From Paragordius varius (Eukaryota; Animalia; Nematomorpha), in assembly GCA_964247055.1 (NCBI GenBank), contig OZ176052.1, positions 14,198,001 to 14,262,000 on the forward strand: a DNA stretch of 64,000 nt. The letters run 5' to 3'. The notes under the pieces were generated by a model, which was not told the DNA's origin, ran no database searches, and saw only the letters and a program-made list of their open reading frames with translations. The position numbers and the translations under genes were made by a program. Within the stretch, counting starts at the first letter, position 1. Each line of letters opens with the position of its first letter. Shown here one piece after another: positions 13,301 through 25,900 of this stretch.

Positions 13301-15379
13301 AAATCGTATAAAATAAATTTTTTAAATATTTAAAAAATTCATAAAAGTTACATTTATAGTCCGATCCCCAAAATATTTGTGGTGATGATGGAACTACCAT
13401 AGGGCTACCCAAAAAAAATTATGGTGACATCACCTGATCAAATTTGGATTTTAGGTAGCCATTTTTATTTTTAAAATCGTATAAAATAAATTTTTTAAAT
13501 ATTTAAAAAATTCAAAAAAATTACATTTATACTCCGATCTCGACAATATTTGGGGTGATGATGGAATTACCATAGGGCTACCCAAAAAAAATTATGGTGA
13601 CATCACCTGATCAAATTTGGATTTTAGGTAGCCATTTTTATTTTTAAAATCGTATAAAATAAATTTTTTAAATATTTAAAAAATTCATAAAAATTACATT
13701 TATACTCCACCCTCGAAAATATTTGGGGTGATGATGGAACAACCATAGGGCTACGCAAAAAAAATTATGGCGACATCACCTGATCAAATTTGGATTTTAG
13801 GTAGCCATTTTTATTTTTAAAATCGTATAAAATAAATTTTTTAAATATTTAAAAAATTCAAAAAAATTACATTTATACTCCGATCTCGAAAATATTTGGG
13901 GTGATGATGGAACTACCATAGGGCTACCCAAAAAAAATTATGGCGACATCACCTGATCAAATTTGGATTTTAGGTAGCCATTTTTATTTTTAAAATCGTA
14001 TAAAATAAATTTTTAAATATTTAAAAAATTCATAAAAATTACATTTATACTCCGATCTCGAAAATTTTTGGGGTGATGATGGAACTACCATAGGGCTACC
14101 CAAAAAAAATTATAGTGACATCACCTGATCAAATTTGGATTTTAGGTAGCCATTTTTATTTTTAAAATCGTATAAAATAAATTTTTTAAATATTTAAAAA
14201 ATTCATAAAAATTACATTTATAGTCCGATCCCCAAAATATTTGGGGTGATGATGGAACAACCATACGGCTACGCAAAAAAAATTATGGCGACATCACCTG
14301 ATCAAATTTGGATTTTAGGTAGCCATTTTTATTTTTAAAATCGTATAAAATAAATTTTTTAAATATTTAAAAAATTCAAAAAAAATTACATTTATACTCC
14401 GATCTCGAAAATATTTGGGGTGATGATGGAACTACCATAGGGCTATACAAAAAAAATTATGGTGACATCACCTGATCAAATTTTGATTTTAGGTAGCCAT
14501 TTTTATTTTTAAAATCGTATAAAATAAATTTTTTAAATATTTAAAAAATTCAAAAAAATTACATTTATACTCCGATCTCGACAATATTTGGGGTGATGAT
14601 GGAACTACCATAGGGCTACCCAAAAAAAATTATGGTGACATCACCTGATTAAATTTGGATTTTAGGTAGCCATTTTTATTTTTAAAATCGTATAAAATAA
14701 ATTTTTTAAATATTTAAAAAATTCATAAAAATTACATTTATACTCCGATCTCGAAAATATTTGGGGTGATGATGGAACTACCATAGGGCTACCAAAAAAA
14801 AATTATGGTGACATCACCTGATCAAATTTGGATTTTAGGTAGCCATTTTTATTTTTAAAATCGTATAAAATAAATTTTTTAAATATTTAAAAAATTCATA
14901 AAAATTACATTTATAGTCCGATCCCCAAAATATTTGGGGTGATGATGGAACTACCATAGGGCTACCCAAAAAAAATTATGGTGACATCACCTGATCAAAT
15001 TTGGATTTTAGGTAGCCATTTTTATTTTTAAAATCGTATAAAATAAATTTTTTAAATATTTAAAAAATTCAAAAAAATTACATTTATACTCCGATCTCGA
15101 AAATATTTGGGGTGATGATGGAACTACCATAGGGCTACGCAAAAAAAATTATGGTGACATCACCTGATCAAATTTGGATTTTAGGTAGCCATTTTTATTT
15201 TTAAAATCGTATAAAATAAATTTTTTAAATATTTAAAAAATTCAAAAAAATTACATTTATACTCCGATCTCGAAAATATTTGGGGTGATGATGGAACTAC
15301 CATAGGGCTACGCAAAAAAAATTATGGTGACATCACCTGATCAAATTTGGATTTTAGGTAGCCATTTTTATTTTTAAAA

Positions 15380-16931
15380 TCGTATAAAATAAATTTTTTA
15401 AATATTTAAAAAATTCAAAAAAATTACATTTATACTCCGATCTCGAAAATATTTGGGGTGATGATGGAACTACCATAGGGCTACCCAAAAAAAATTATGG
15501 CGACATCACCTGATCAAATTTGGATTTTAGGTAGCCATTTTTCTTTTTAAAATCGTATAAAATAAATTTTTAAATATTTAAAAAATTCATAAAAATTACA
15601 TTTATACTCCGATCTCGAAAATATTTGGGGTGATGATGGAACTACCATAGGGCTACCCAAAAAAAATTATAGTGACATCACCTGATCAAATTTGGATTTT
15701 AGGTAGCCATTTTTATTTTTAAAATCGTATAAAATAAATTTTTTAAATATTTAAAAAATTCATAAAAATTACATTTATAGTCCGATCCCCAAAATATTTG
15801 GGGTGATGATGGAACAACCATAGGGCTACGCAAAAAAAATTATGGCGACATCACCTGATCAAATTTGGATTTTAGGTAGCCATTTTTATTTTTAAAATCG
15901 TATAAAATAAATTTTTTAAATATTTAAAAAATTCAAAAAAATTACATTTATACTCCGATCTAGAAAATATTTGGGGTGATGATGGAACTACCATAGGGCT
16001 ACCCAAAAAAAATTATGGCGACATCACCTGATCAAATTTGGATTTTAGGTAGCCATTTTTATTTTTAAAATCGTATAAAATAAATTTTTAAATATTTAAA
16101 AAATTCATAAAAATTACATTTATACTCCGATCTCGAAAATATTTGGGGTGATGATGGAACTACCATAGGGCTACCCAAAAAAAATTATAGTGACATCACC
16201 TGATCAAATTTGGATTTTAGGTAGCCATTTTTATTTTTAATCGTATAAAATAAATTTTTTAAATATTTAAAAAATTCATAAAAATTACATTTATAGTCCG
16301 ATCCCCAAAATATTTGGGGTGATGATGGAACAACCATACGGCTACGCAAAAAAAATTATGGCGACATCACCTGATCAAATTTGGATTTTAGGTAGCCATT
16401 TTTATTTTTAAAATCGTATAAAATAAATTTTTTAAATATTTAAAAAATTCAAAAAAATTACATTTATACTCCGATCTCGAAAATATTTGGGGTGATGATG
16501 GAACTACCATAGGGCTACCCAAAAAAAATTATGGCGACATCACCTGATCAAATTTGGATTTTAGGTAGCCATTTTTATTTTTAAAATCGTATAAAATAAA
16601 TTTTTAAATATTTAAAAAATTCATAAAAATTACATTTATACTCCGATCTCGAAAATATTTGGGGTGATGATGGAACTACCATAGGGCTACCCAAAAAAAA
16701 TTATAGTGACATCACCTGATCAAATTTGGATTTTAGGTAGCCATTTTTATTTTTAAAATCGTATAAAATAAATTTTTTAAATATTTAAAAAATTCATAAA
16801 AATTACATTTATAGTCCGATCCCCAAAATATTTGGGGTGATGATGGAACAACCATACGGCTACGCAAAAAAAATTATGGCGACATCACCTGATCAAATTT
16901 GGATTTAAGGTAGCCATTTTTATTTTTAAAA
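15380..16931. repeat. Three tandem copies of a 3-monomer unit (about 518 bp); a related two-copy trimer lies at 4147-5179
   Basis: The order CAAAA/GGCG, then T5/TAGTG, then AGTCC-CCCC-CAACC-CGC repeats at 15380, 15898 and 16414. In the 4147-5179 pair, GGGTTACC lies at 4420/4937. Confidence 0.85.
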
Positions 16932-19900
16932 TCGTATAAAATAAATTTTTTAAATATTTAAAAAATTCAAAAAAAATTACATTTATACTCCGATCTCGAA
17001 AATATTTGGGGTGATGATGGAACTACCATAGGGCTATACAAAAAAAATTATGGTGACATCACCTGATCAAATTTGGATTTTAGGTAGCCATTTTTATTTT
17101 TAAAATCGTATAAAATAAATTTTTTAAATATTTAAAAAATTCAAAAAAATTACATTTATACTCCGATCTCGACAATATTTGGGGTGATGATGGAACTACC
17201 ATAGGGCTACCCAAAAAAAATTATGGTGACATCACCTGATTAAATTTGGATTTTAGGTAGCCATTTTTATTTTTAAAATCGTATAAAATAAATTTTTTAA
17301 ATATTTAAAAAATTCATAAAAATTACATTTATACTCCGATCTCGAAAATATTTGGGGTGATGATGGAACTACCATAGGGCTACCAAAAAAAATTATGGTG
17401 ACATCACCTGATCAAATTTGGATTTTAGGTAGCCATTTTTATTTTTAAAATCGTATAAAATAAATTTTTTAAATATTTAAAAAATTCATAAAAATTACAT
17501 TTATAGTCCGATCCCCAAAATATTTGGGGTGATGATGGAACTACCATAGGGCTACCCAAAAAAAATTATGGTGACATCACCTGATCAAATTTGGATTTTA
17601 GGTAGCCATTTTTATTTTTAAAATCGTATAAAATAAATTTTTTTAATATTTAAAAAATTCAAAAAAATTACATTTATACTCCGATCTCGAAAATATTTGG
17701 GGTGATGATGGAACTACCATAGGGCTACGCAAAAAAAATTATGGTGACATCACCTGATCAAATTTGGATTTTAGGTAGCCATTTTTCTTTTTAAAATCGT
17801 ATAAAATAAATTTTTTAAATTAAAAAATTCAAAAAAATTACATTTATACTCCGATCTCGACAATATTTGGAGTGATGATGGAACTACCATAGGGCTACCC
17901 AAAAAAAATTATAGTGACATCACCTGATCAAATTTGCATTTTAGGTAGCCATTTTTATTTTTAAAATCGTATAAAATAAATTTTTTAAATATTTAAAAAA
18001 TTCATAAAAATTACATTTATAGTCCGATCCCCAAAATATTTGGGGTGATGATGGAACAACCATACGGCTACGCAAAAAAAATTATGGCGACATCACCTGA
18101 TCAAATTTGGATTTTAGGTAGCCATTTTTATTTTTAAAATCGTATAAAATAAATTTTTTAAATATTTAAAAAATTCAAAAAAATTACATTTATACTCCGA
18201 TCTCGAAAATATTTGGGGTGATGATGGAACTACCATAGGGCTATACAAAAAAAATTATGGTGACATCACCTGATCAAATTTGGATTTTAGGTAGCCATTT
18301 TTATTTTTAAAATCGTATAAAATAAATTTTTTAAATATTTAAAAAATTCAAAAAAATTACATTTATACTCCGATCTCGACAATATTTGGGGTGATGATGG
18401 AACTACCATAGGGCTACCCAAAAAAAATTATGGTGACATCACCTGATTAAATTTGGATTTTAGGTAGCCATTTTTATTTTTAAAATCGTATAAAATAAAT
18501 TTTTTAAATATTTAAAAAATTCATAAAAATTACATTTATACTCCGATCTCGAAAATATTTGGGGTGATGATGGAACTACCATAGGGCTATAAAAAAAAAA
18601 TTATGGTGACATCACCTGATCAAATTTGGATTTTAGGTAGCCATTTTTATTTTTAAAATCGTATAAAATAAATTTTTTAAATATTTAAAAAATTCATAAA
18701 AATTACATTTATAGTCCGATCCCCAAAATATTTGGGGTGATGATGGAACTACCATAGGGCTACCCAAAAAAAATTATGGTGACATCACCTGATCAAATTT
18801 GGATTTTAGGTAGCCATTTTTATTTTTAAAATCGTATAAAATAAATTTTTTAAATATTTAAAAAATTCAAAAAAATTACATTTATACTCCGATCTCGAAA
18901 ATATTTGGGGTGATGATGGAACTACCATAGGGCTACGCAAAAAAAATTATGGTGACATCACCTGATCAAATTTGGATTTTAGGTAGCCATTTTTCTTTTT
19001 AAAATCGTATAAAATAAATTTTTTAAATATTTAAAAAATTCAAAAAAATTACATTTATACTCCGATCTCGACAATATTTGGAGTGATGATGGAACTACCA
19101 TAGGGCTACCCAAAAAAAATTATGGTGACATCACCTGATCAAATTTGGATTTTAGGTAGCCATTTTTATTTTTAAAATCGTATAAAATAAATTTTTTAAA
19201 TATTTAAAAAATTCAAAAAAATTACATTTATACTCCGATCTCGAAAATATTTGGGGTGATGATGGAACTACCATAGGGCTACGCAAAAAAAATTATGGTG
19301 ACATCACCTGATCAAATTTGGATTTTAGGTAGCCATTTTTATTTTTAAAATCGTATAAAATAAATTTTTTAAATATTTAAAAAATTCAAAAAAATTACAT
19401 TTATACTCCGATCTCGAAAATATTTGGGGTGATGATGGAACTACCATAGGGCTACCCAAAAAAAATTATGGCGACATCACCTGATCAAATTTGGATTTTA
19501 GGTAGCCATTTTTATTTTTAAAATCGTATAAAATAAATTTTTTAAATATTTAAAAAATTCATAAAAATTACATTTATAGTCCGATCCCCAAAATATTTGG
19601 GGTGATGATGGAACAACCATACGGCTACGCAAAAAAAATTATGGCGACATCACCTGATTAAATTTGGATTTTAGGTAGCCATTTTTATTTTTAAAATCGT
19701 ATAAAATAAATTTTTTAAATATTTAAAAAATTCAAAAAAAATTACATTTATACTCTGATCTCGAAAATATTTGGGGTGATGATGGAACTACCATAGTAGT
19801 ACCCAAAAAAAATTATGGCGACATCACCTGATCAAATTTTAATTTTAGGTAGCCATTTTTATTTTTAAAATCGTATAAAATAAATTTTTTAAATATTTAA

Positions 19901-22900
19901 AAAATTCAAAAAAATTACATTTATACTCCGATCTCGACAATATTTGGGGTGATGATGGAACTACCATAGGGCTACCCAAAAAAAATTATGGTGACATCAC
20001 CTGATTAAATTTGGATTTTAGGTAGCCATTTTTATTTTTAAAATCGTATAAAATAAATTTTTTAAATATTTAAAAAATTCATAAAAAGTACATTTATACT
20101 CCGATCTCGAAAATATTTGGGGTGATGATGGAACTACCATAGGGCTACCAAAAAAAAATTATGGTGACATCACCTGATCAAATTTGGATTTTAGGTAGCC
20201 ATTTTTATTTTTAAAATCGTATAAAATAAATTTTTTAAATATTTAAAAAATTCATAAAAATTACATTTATAGTCCGATCCCCAAAATATTTGGGGTGATG
20301 ATGGAACTACCATAGGGCTACCCAAAAAAAATTATGGTGACATCACCTGATCAAATTTGGATTTTAGGTAGCCATTTTTATTTTTAAAATCGTATAAAAT
20401 AAATTTTTTAAATATTTAAAAAATTCATAAAAATTACATTTATACTCCGATCTCGAAAATATTTGGGGTGATGATGGAACTACCATAGGGCTACGCAAAA
20501 AAAATTATGGTGACATCACCTGATCAAATTTGGATTTTAGGTAGCCATTTTTATTTTTAAAATTGTATAAAATAAATTTTTTAAATATTTAAAAAATTCA
20601 AAAAAATTACATTTATACTCCGATCTCGACAATATTTGGGGTGATGATGGAACTACCATAGGGCTACCCAAAAAAAATTATGGTGACATCACCTGATCAA
20701 ATTTGGATTCTAGGTAGCCATTTTTATTTTTAAAATCGTATAAGATAAATTTTTTAAATATTTAAAAAATTCATAAAAATTACATTTATACTCCGATCTC
20801 GAAAATATTTGGGGTGATGATGGAACTACCATAGGGCTACCCAAAAAAAATTATGGTGACATCACCTGATCAAATTTGGATTTTAGATAGCCATTTTTAT
20901 TTTTAAAATCGTATAAAATAAATTTTTTAAATATTTAAAAAATTCATAAAAGTTACATTTATAGTCCGATCCCCAAAATATTTGTGGTATGATGATGGAA
21001 CTACCATAGGGCTACCAAAAAAAAATTATGGTGACATCACCTGATCAAATTTGGATTTTAGGTAGCCATTTTTATTTTTAAAATCGTATAAAATAAATTT
21101 TTTAAATATTTAAAAAATTCATAAAAATTACATTTATAGTCCGATCCCCAAAATATTTGGGGTGATGATGGAACTACCATAGGGCTACCCCAAAAAAATT
21201 ATGGTGACATCACCTGATCAAATTTGGATTTTAGGTAGCCATTTTTATTTTTAAAATCGTATAAAATAAATTTTTTAAATATTTAAAAAATTCATAAAAA
21301 TTACATTTATACTCCGATCTCGAAAATATTTGGGGTGATGATGGAACTACCATAGGGCTACGCAAAAAAAATTATGGTGACATCACCTGATCAAATTTGG
21401 ATTTTAGGTAGCCATTTTTATTTTTAAAATTGTATAAAATAAATTTTTTAAATATTTAAAAAATTCAAAAAAATTACATTTATACTCCGATCTCGACAAT
21501 ATTTGGGGTGATGATGGAACTACCATAGGGCTACCCAAAAAAAATTATGGTGACATCACCTGATCAAATTTGGATTCTAGGTAGCCATTTTTATTTTTAA
21601 AATCGTATAAGATAAATTTTTTAAATATTTAAAAAATTCATAAAAATTACATTTATACTCCGATCTCGAAAATATTTGGGGTGATGATGGAACTACCATA
21701 GGGCTACGCAACAATTATGGCGACATCACCTGATCAAATTTGGATTTTAGGTAGCCATTTTATTTTTAAAATCGTATAAGATAAATTTTTTAAATATTTA
21801 AAAAATTCATAAAAATTACATTTATACTCCGACCTCGAAAATATTTGGGGTGATGATGGAACAACCATAGGGCTACGCAACAATTATGGCGACATCACCT
21901 GATCAAATTTGGATTTTAGGTAGCCATTTTATTTTTAAAATCGTATAAAATAAATTTTTTAAATATTTAAAAAATTCAAAAAAATTACATTTATACTCCG
22001 ATCTCGAAAATATTTGGGGTGATGATGGAACTACCATAGGGCTACCCAAAAAAATTTATGGCGACATCACCTGATCAAATTTGGATTTTAGGTAGCCATT
22101 TTTATTTTTAAAATCGTATAAAATAAATTTTTAAATATTTAAAAAATTCATAAAAATTACATTTATACTCCGATCTCGAAAATATTTGGGGTGATGATGG
22201 AACTACCATAGGGCTACCCAAAAAAAATTATAGTGACATCACCTGATCAAATTTGGATTTTAGGTAGCCATTTTTATTTTTAAAATCGTATAAAATAAAT
22301 TTTTTAAATATTTAAAAAATTCATAAAAATTACATTTATAGTCCGATCCCCAAAATATTTGGGGTGATGATGGAAGAACCATACGGCTACGCAAAAAAAA
22401 TTATGGCGACATCACCTGATTAAATTTGGATTTTAGGTAGCCATTTTTATTTTTAAAATCGTATAAAATAAATTTTTTAAATATTTAAAAAATTCAAAAA
22501 AAAATACATTTATACTCCGATCTCGAAAATATTTGGGGTGATGATGGAACTACCATAGTACTACCCAAAAAAAATTATGGCGACATCACCTGATCAAATT
22601 TTAATTTTAGGTAGCCATTTTTATTTTTAAAATCGTATAAAATAAATTTTTTAAATATTTAAAAAATTCAAAAAAATTACATTTATACTCCGATCTCGAC
22701 AATATTTGGGGTGATGATGGAACTACCATAGGGCTACCCAAAAAAAATTATGGTGACATCACCTGATTAAATTTGGATTTTAGGTAGCCATTTTTATTTT
22801 TAAAATCGTATAAAATAAATTTTTTAAATATTTAAAAAATTCATAAAAATTACATTTATACTCCGATCTCGAAAATATTTGGGGTGATGATGGAACTACA

Positions 22901-25900
22901 ATAGGGCTACCAAAAAAAAATTATGGTGACATCACCTGATCAAATTTGGATTTTAGGTAGCCATTTTTATTTTTAAAATCGTATAAAATAAATTTTTTAA
23001 ATATTTAAAAAATTCATAAAAATTACATTTATAGTCCGATCCCCAAAATATTTGGGGTGATGATGGAACTACCATAGGGCTACCCAAAAAAAATTATGGT
23101 GACATCACCTGATCAAATTTGGATTTTAGGTAGCCATTTTTATTTTTAAAATCGTATAAAATAAATTTTTTAAATATTTAAAAAATTCATAAAAATTACA
23201 TTTATACTCCGATCTCGAAAATATTTGGGGTGATGATGGAACTACCATAGGGCTACGCAAAAAAAATTATGGTGACATCACCTGATCAAATTTGGATTTT
23301 AGGTAGCCATTTTTATTTTTAAAATCGTATAAAATAAATTTTTTAAATATTTAAAAAATTCAAAAAAATTACATTTATACTCCGATCTCGACAATATTTG
23401 GGGTGATGATGGAACTACCATAGGGCTACCCAAAAAAAATTATGGTGACATCACCTGATCAAATTTGGATTTTAGGTAGCCATTTTATTTTTAAAATCGT
23501 ATAAAATAAATTTTTTAAATATTTAAAAAATTCAAAAAAATTACATTTATACTCCGATCTCGAAAATATTTGGGGTGATGATGGAACTACCATAGGGCTA
23601 CCCAAAAAAATTTATGGCGACATCACCTGATCAAATTTGGATTTTAGGTAGCCATTTTTATTTTTAAAATCGTATAAAATAAATTTTTAAATATTTAAAA
23701 AATTCATAAAAATTACATTTATACTCCGATCTCGAAAATATTTGGGGTGATGATGGAACTACCATAGGGCTACCCAAAAAAAATTATAGTGACATCACCT
23801 GATCAAATTTGGATTTTAGGTAGCCATTTTTATTTTTAAAATCGTATAAAATAAATTTTTTAAATATTTAAAAAATTCATAAAAATTACATTTATACTCC
23901 GATCTCGAAAATATTTGGGGTGATGATGGAACAACCATACGGCTACGCAAAAAAAATAATGGCGACATCACCTGATTAAATTTGGATTTTAGGTAGCCAT
24001 TTTTATTTTTAAAATCGTATAAAATAAATTTTTTAAATATTTAAAAAATTCAAAAAAAATTACATTTATAGTCCGATCCCCAAAATATTTGGGGTGATGA
24101 TGGAACTACCATAGTACTACCCAAAAAAAATTATGGCGACATCACCTGATCAAATTTTAATTTTAGGTAGCCATTTTTATTTTTAAAATCGTATAAAATA
24201 AATTTTTTAAATATTTAAAAAATTCAAAAAAATTACATTTATACTACGATCTCGAAAATATTTGGGGTGATGATGGAACTACCATAGGGCTACCCAAAAA
24301 AATTTATGGCGACATCACCTGATCAAATTTGGATTTTAGGTAGCCATTTTTATTTTTAAAATCGTATAAAATAAATTTTTAAATATTTAAAAAATTCATA
24401 AAAATTACATTTATACTCCGATCTCGAAAATATTTGGGGTGATGATGGAACTACCATAGGGCTACCCAAAAAAAATTATAGTGACATCACCTGATCAAAT
24501 TTGGATTTTAGGTAGCCATTTTTATTTTTAAAATCGTATAAAATAAATTTTTAAATATTTAAAAAATTCATAAAAATTACATTTATACTCCGATCTCGAA
24601 AATATTTGGGGTGATGATGGAACTACCATAGGGCTACCCAAAAAAAATTATAGTGACATCACCTGATCAAATTTGGATTTTAGGTAGCCATTTTTATTTT
24701 TAAAATCGTATAAAATAAATTTTTTAAATATTTAAAAAATTCATAAAAATTACATTTATAGTCCGATCTCGAAAATATTTGGGGTGATGATGGAACTACC
24801 ATAGGGCTACCCAAAAAAAATTATAGTGACATCACCTGATCAAATTTGGATTTTAGGTAGCCATTTTTATTTTTAAAATCGTATAAAATAAATTTTTTAA
24901 ATATTTAAAAAATTCAAAAAAATTACATTTATACTCCGATCTCGAAAATATTTGGGGTGATGATGGAACTACCATAGGGCTACCCAAAAAAATTTATGGC
25001 GACATCACCTGATCAAATTTGGATTTTAGGTAGCCATTTTTATTTTTAAAATCGTATAAAATAAATTTTTAAATATTTAAAAAATTCATAAAAATTACAT
25101 TTATACTCCGATCTCGAAAATATTTGGGGTGATGATGGAACTACCATAGGGCTACCCAAAAAAAATTATAGTGACATCACCTGATCAAATTTGGATTTTA
25201 GGTAGCCATTTTATTTTTAAAATCGTATAAAATAAATTTTTTAAATATTTAAAAAATTCAAAAAAATTACATTTATACTCCGATCTCGAAAATATTTGGG
25301 GTGATGATGGAACTACCATAGGGCTACCCAAAAAAATTTATGGCGACATCACCTGATCAAATTTGGATTTTAGGTAGCCATTTTTATTTTTAAAATCGTA
25401 TAAAATAAATTTTTAAATATTTAAAAAATTCATAAAAATTACATTTATACTCCGATCTCGAAAATATTTGGGGTGATGATGGAACTACCATAGGGCTACC
25501 CAAAAAAAATTATAGTGACATCACCTGATCAAATTTGGATTTTAGGTAGCCATTTTTATTTTTAAAATCGTATAAAATAAATTTTTTAAATATTTAAAAA
25601 ATTCATAAAAATTACATTTATAGTCCGATCCCCAAAATATTTGGGGTGATGATGGAAGAACCATACGGCTACGCAAAAAAAATTATGGCGACATCACCTG
25701 ATTAAATTTGGATTTTAGGTAGCCATTTTTATTTTTAAAATCGTATAAAATAAATTTTTTAAATATTTAAAAAATTCAAAAAAAAATACATTTATACTCC
25801 GATCTCGAAAATATTTGGGGTGATGATGGAACTACCATAGTACTACCCAAAAAAAATTATGGCGACATCACCTGATCAAATTTTAATTTTAGGTAGCCAT

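Noticed and set aside
13248-13301. Plus-strand 17-codon ORF (MVTSPDQIWILGSHFYF)
   Set aside because: The ATG is lost in the frequent TAGTG variant, and TGATTA creates an early stop. It is a chance ORF.
20980-20995. 2-bp insertion GTGGTATGATG as a TA transposon footprint
   Set aside because: The consensus has no pre-existing TA target here. Slippage next to the TGA/ATG repeat is simpler.
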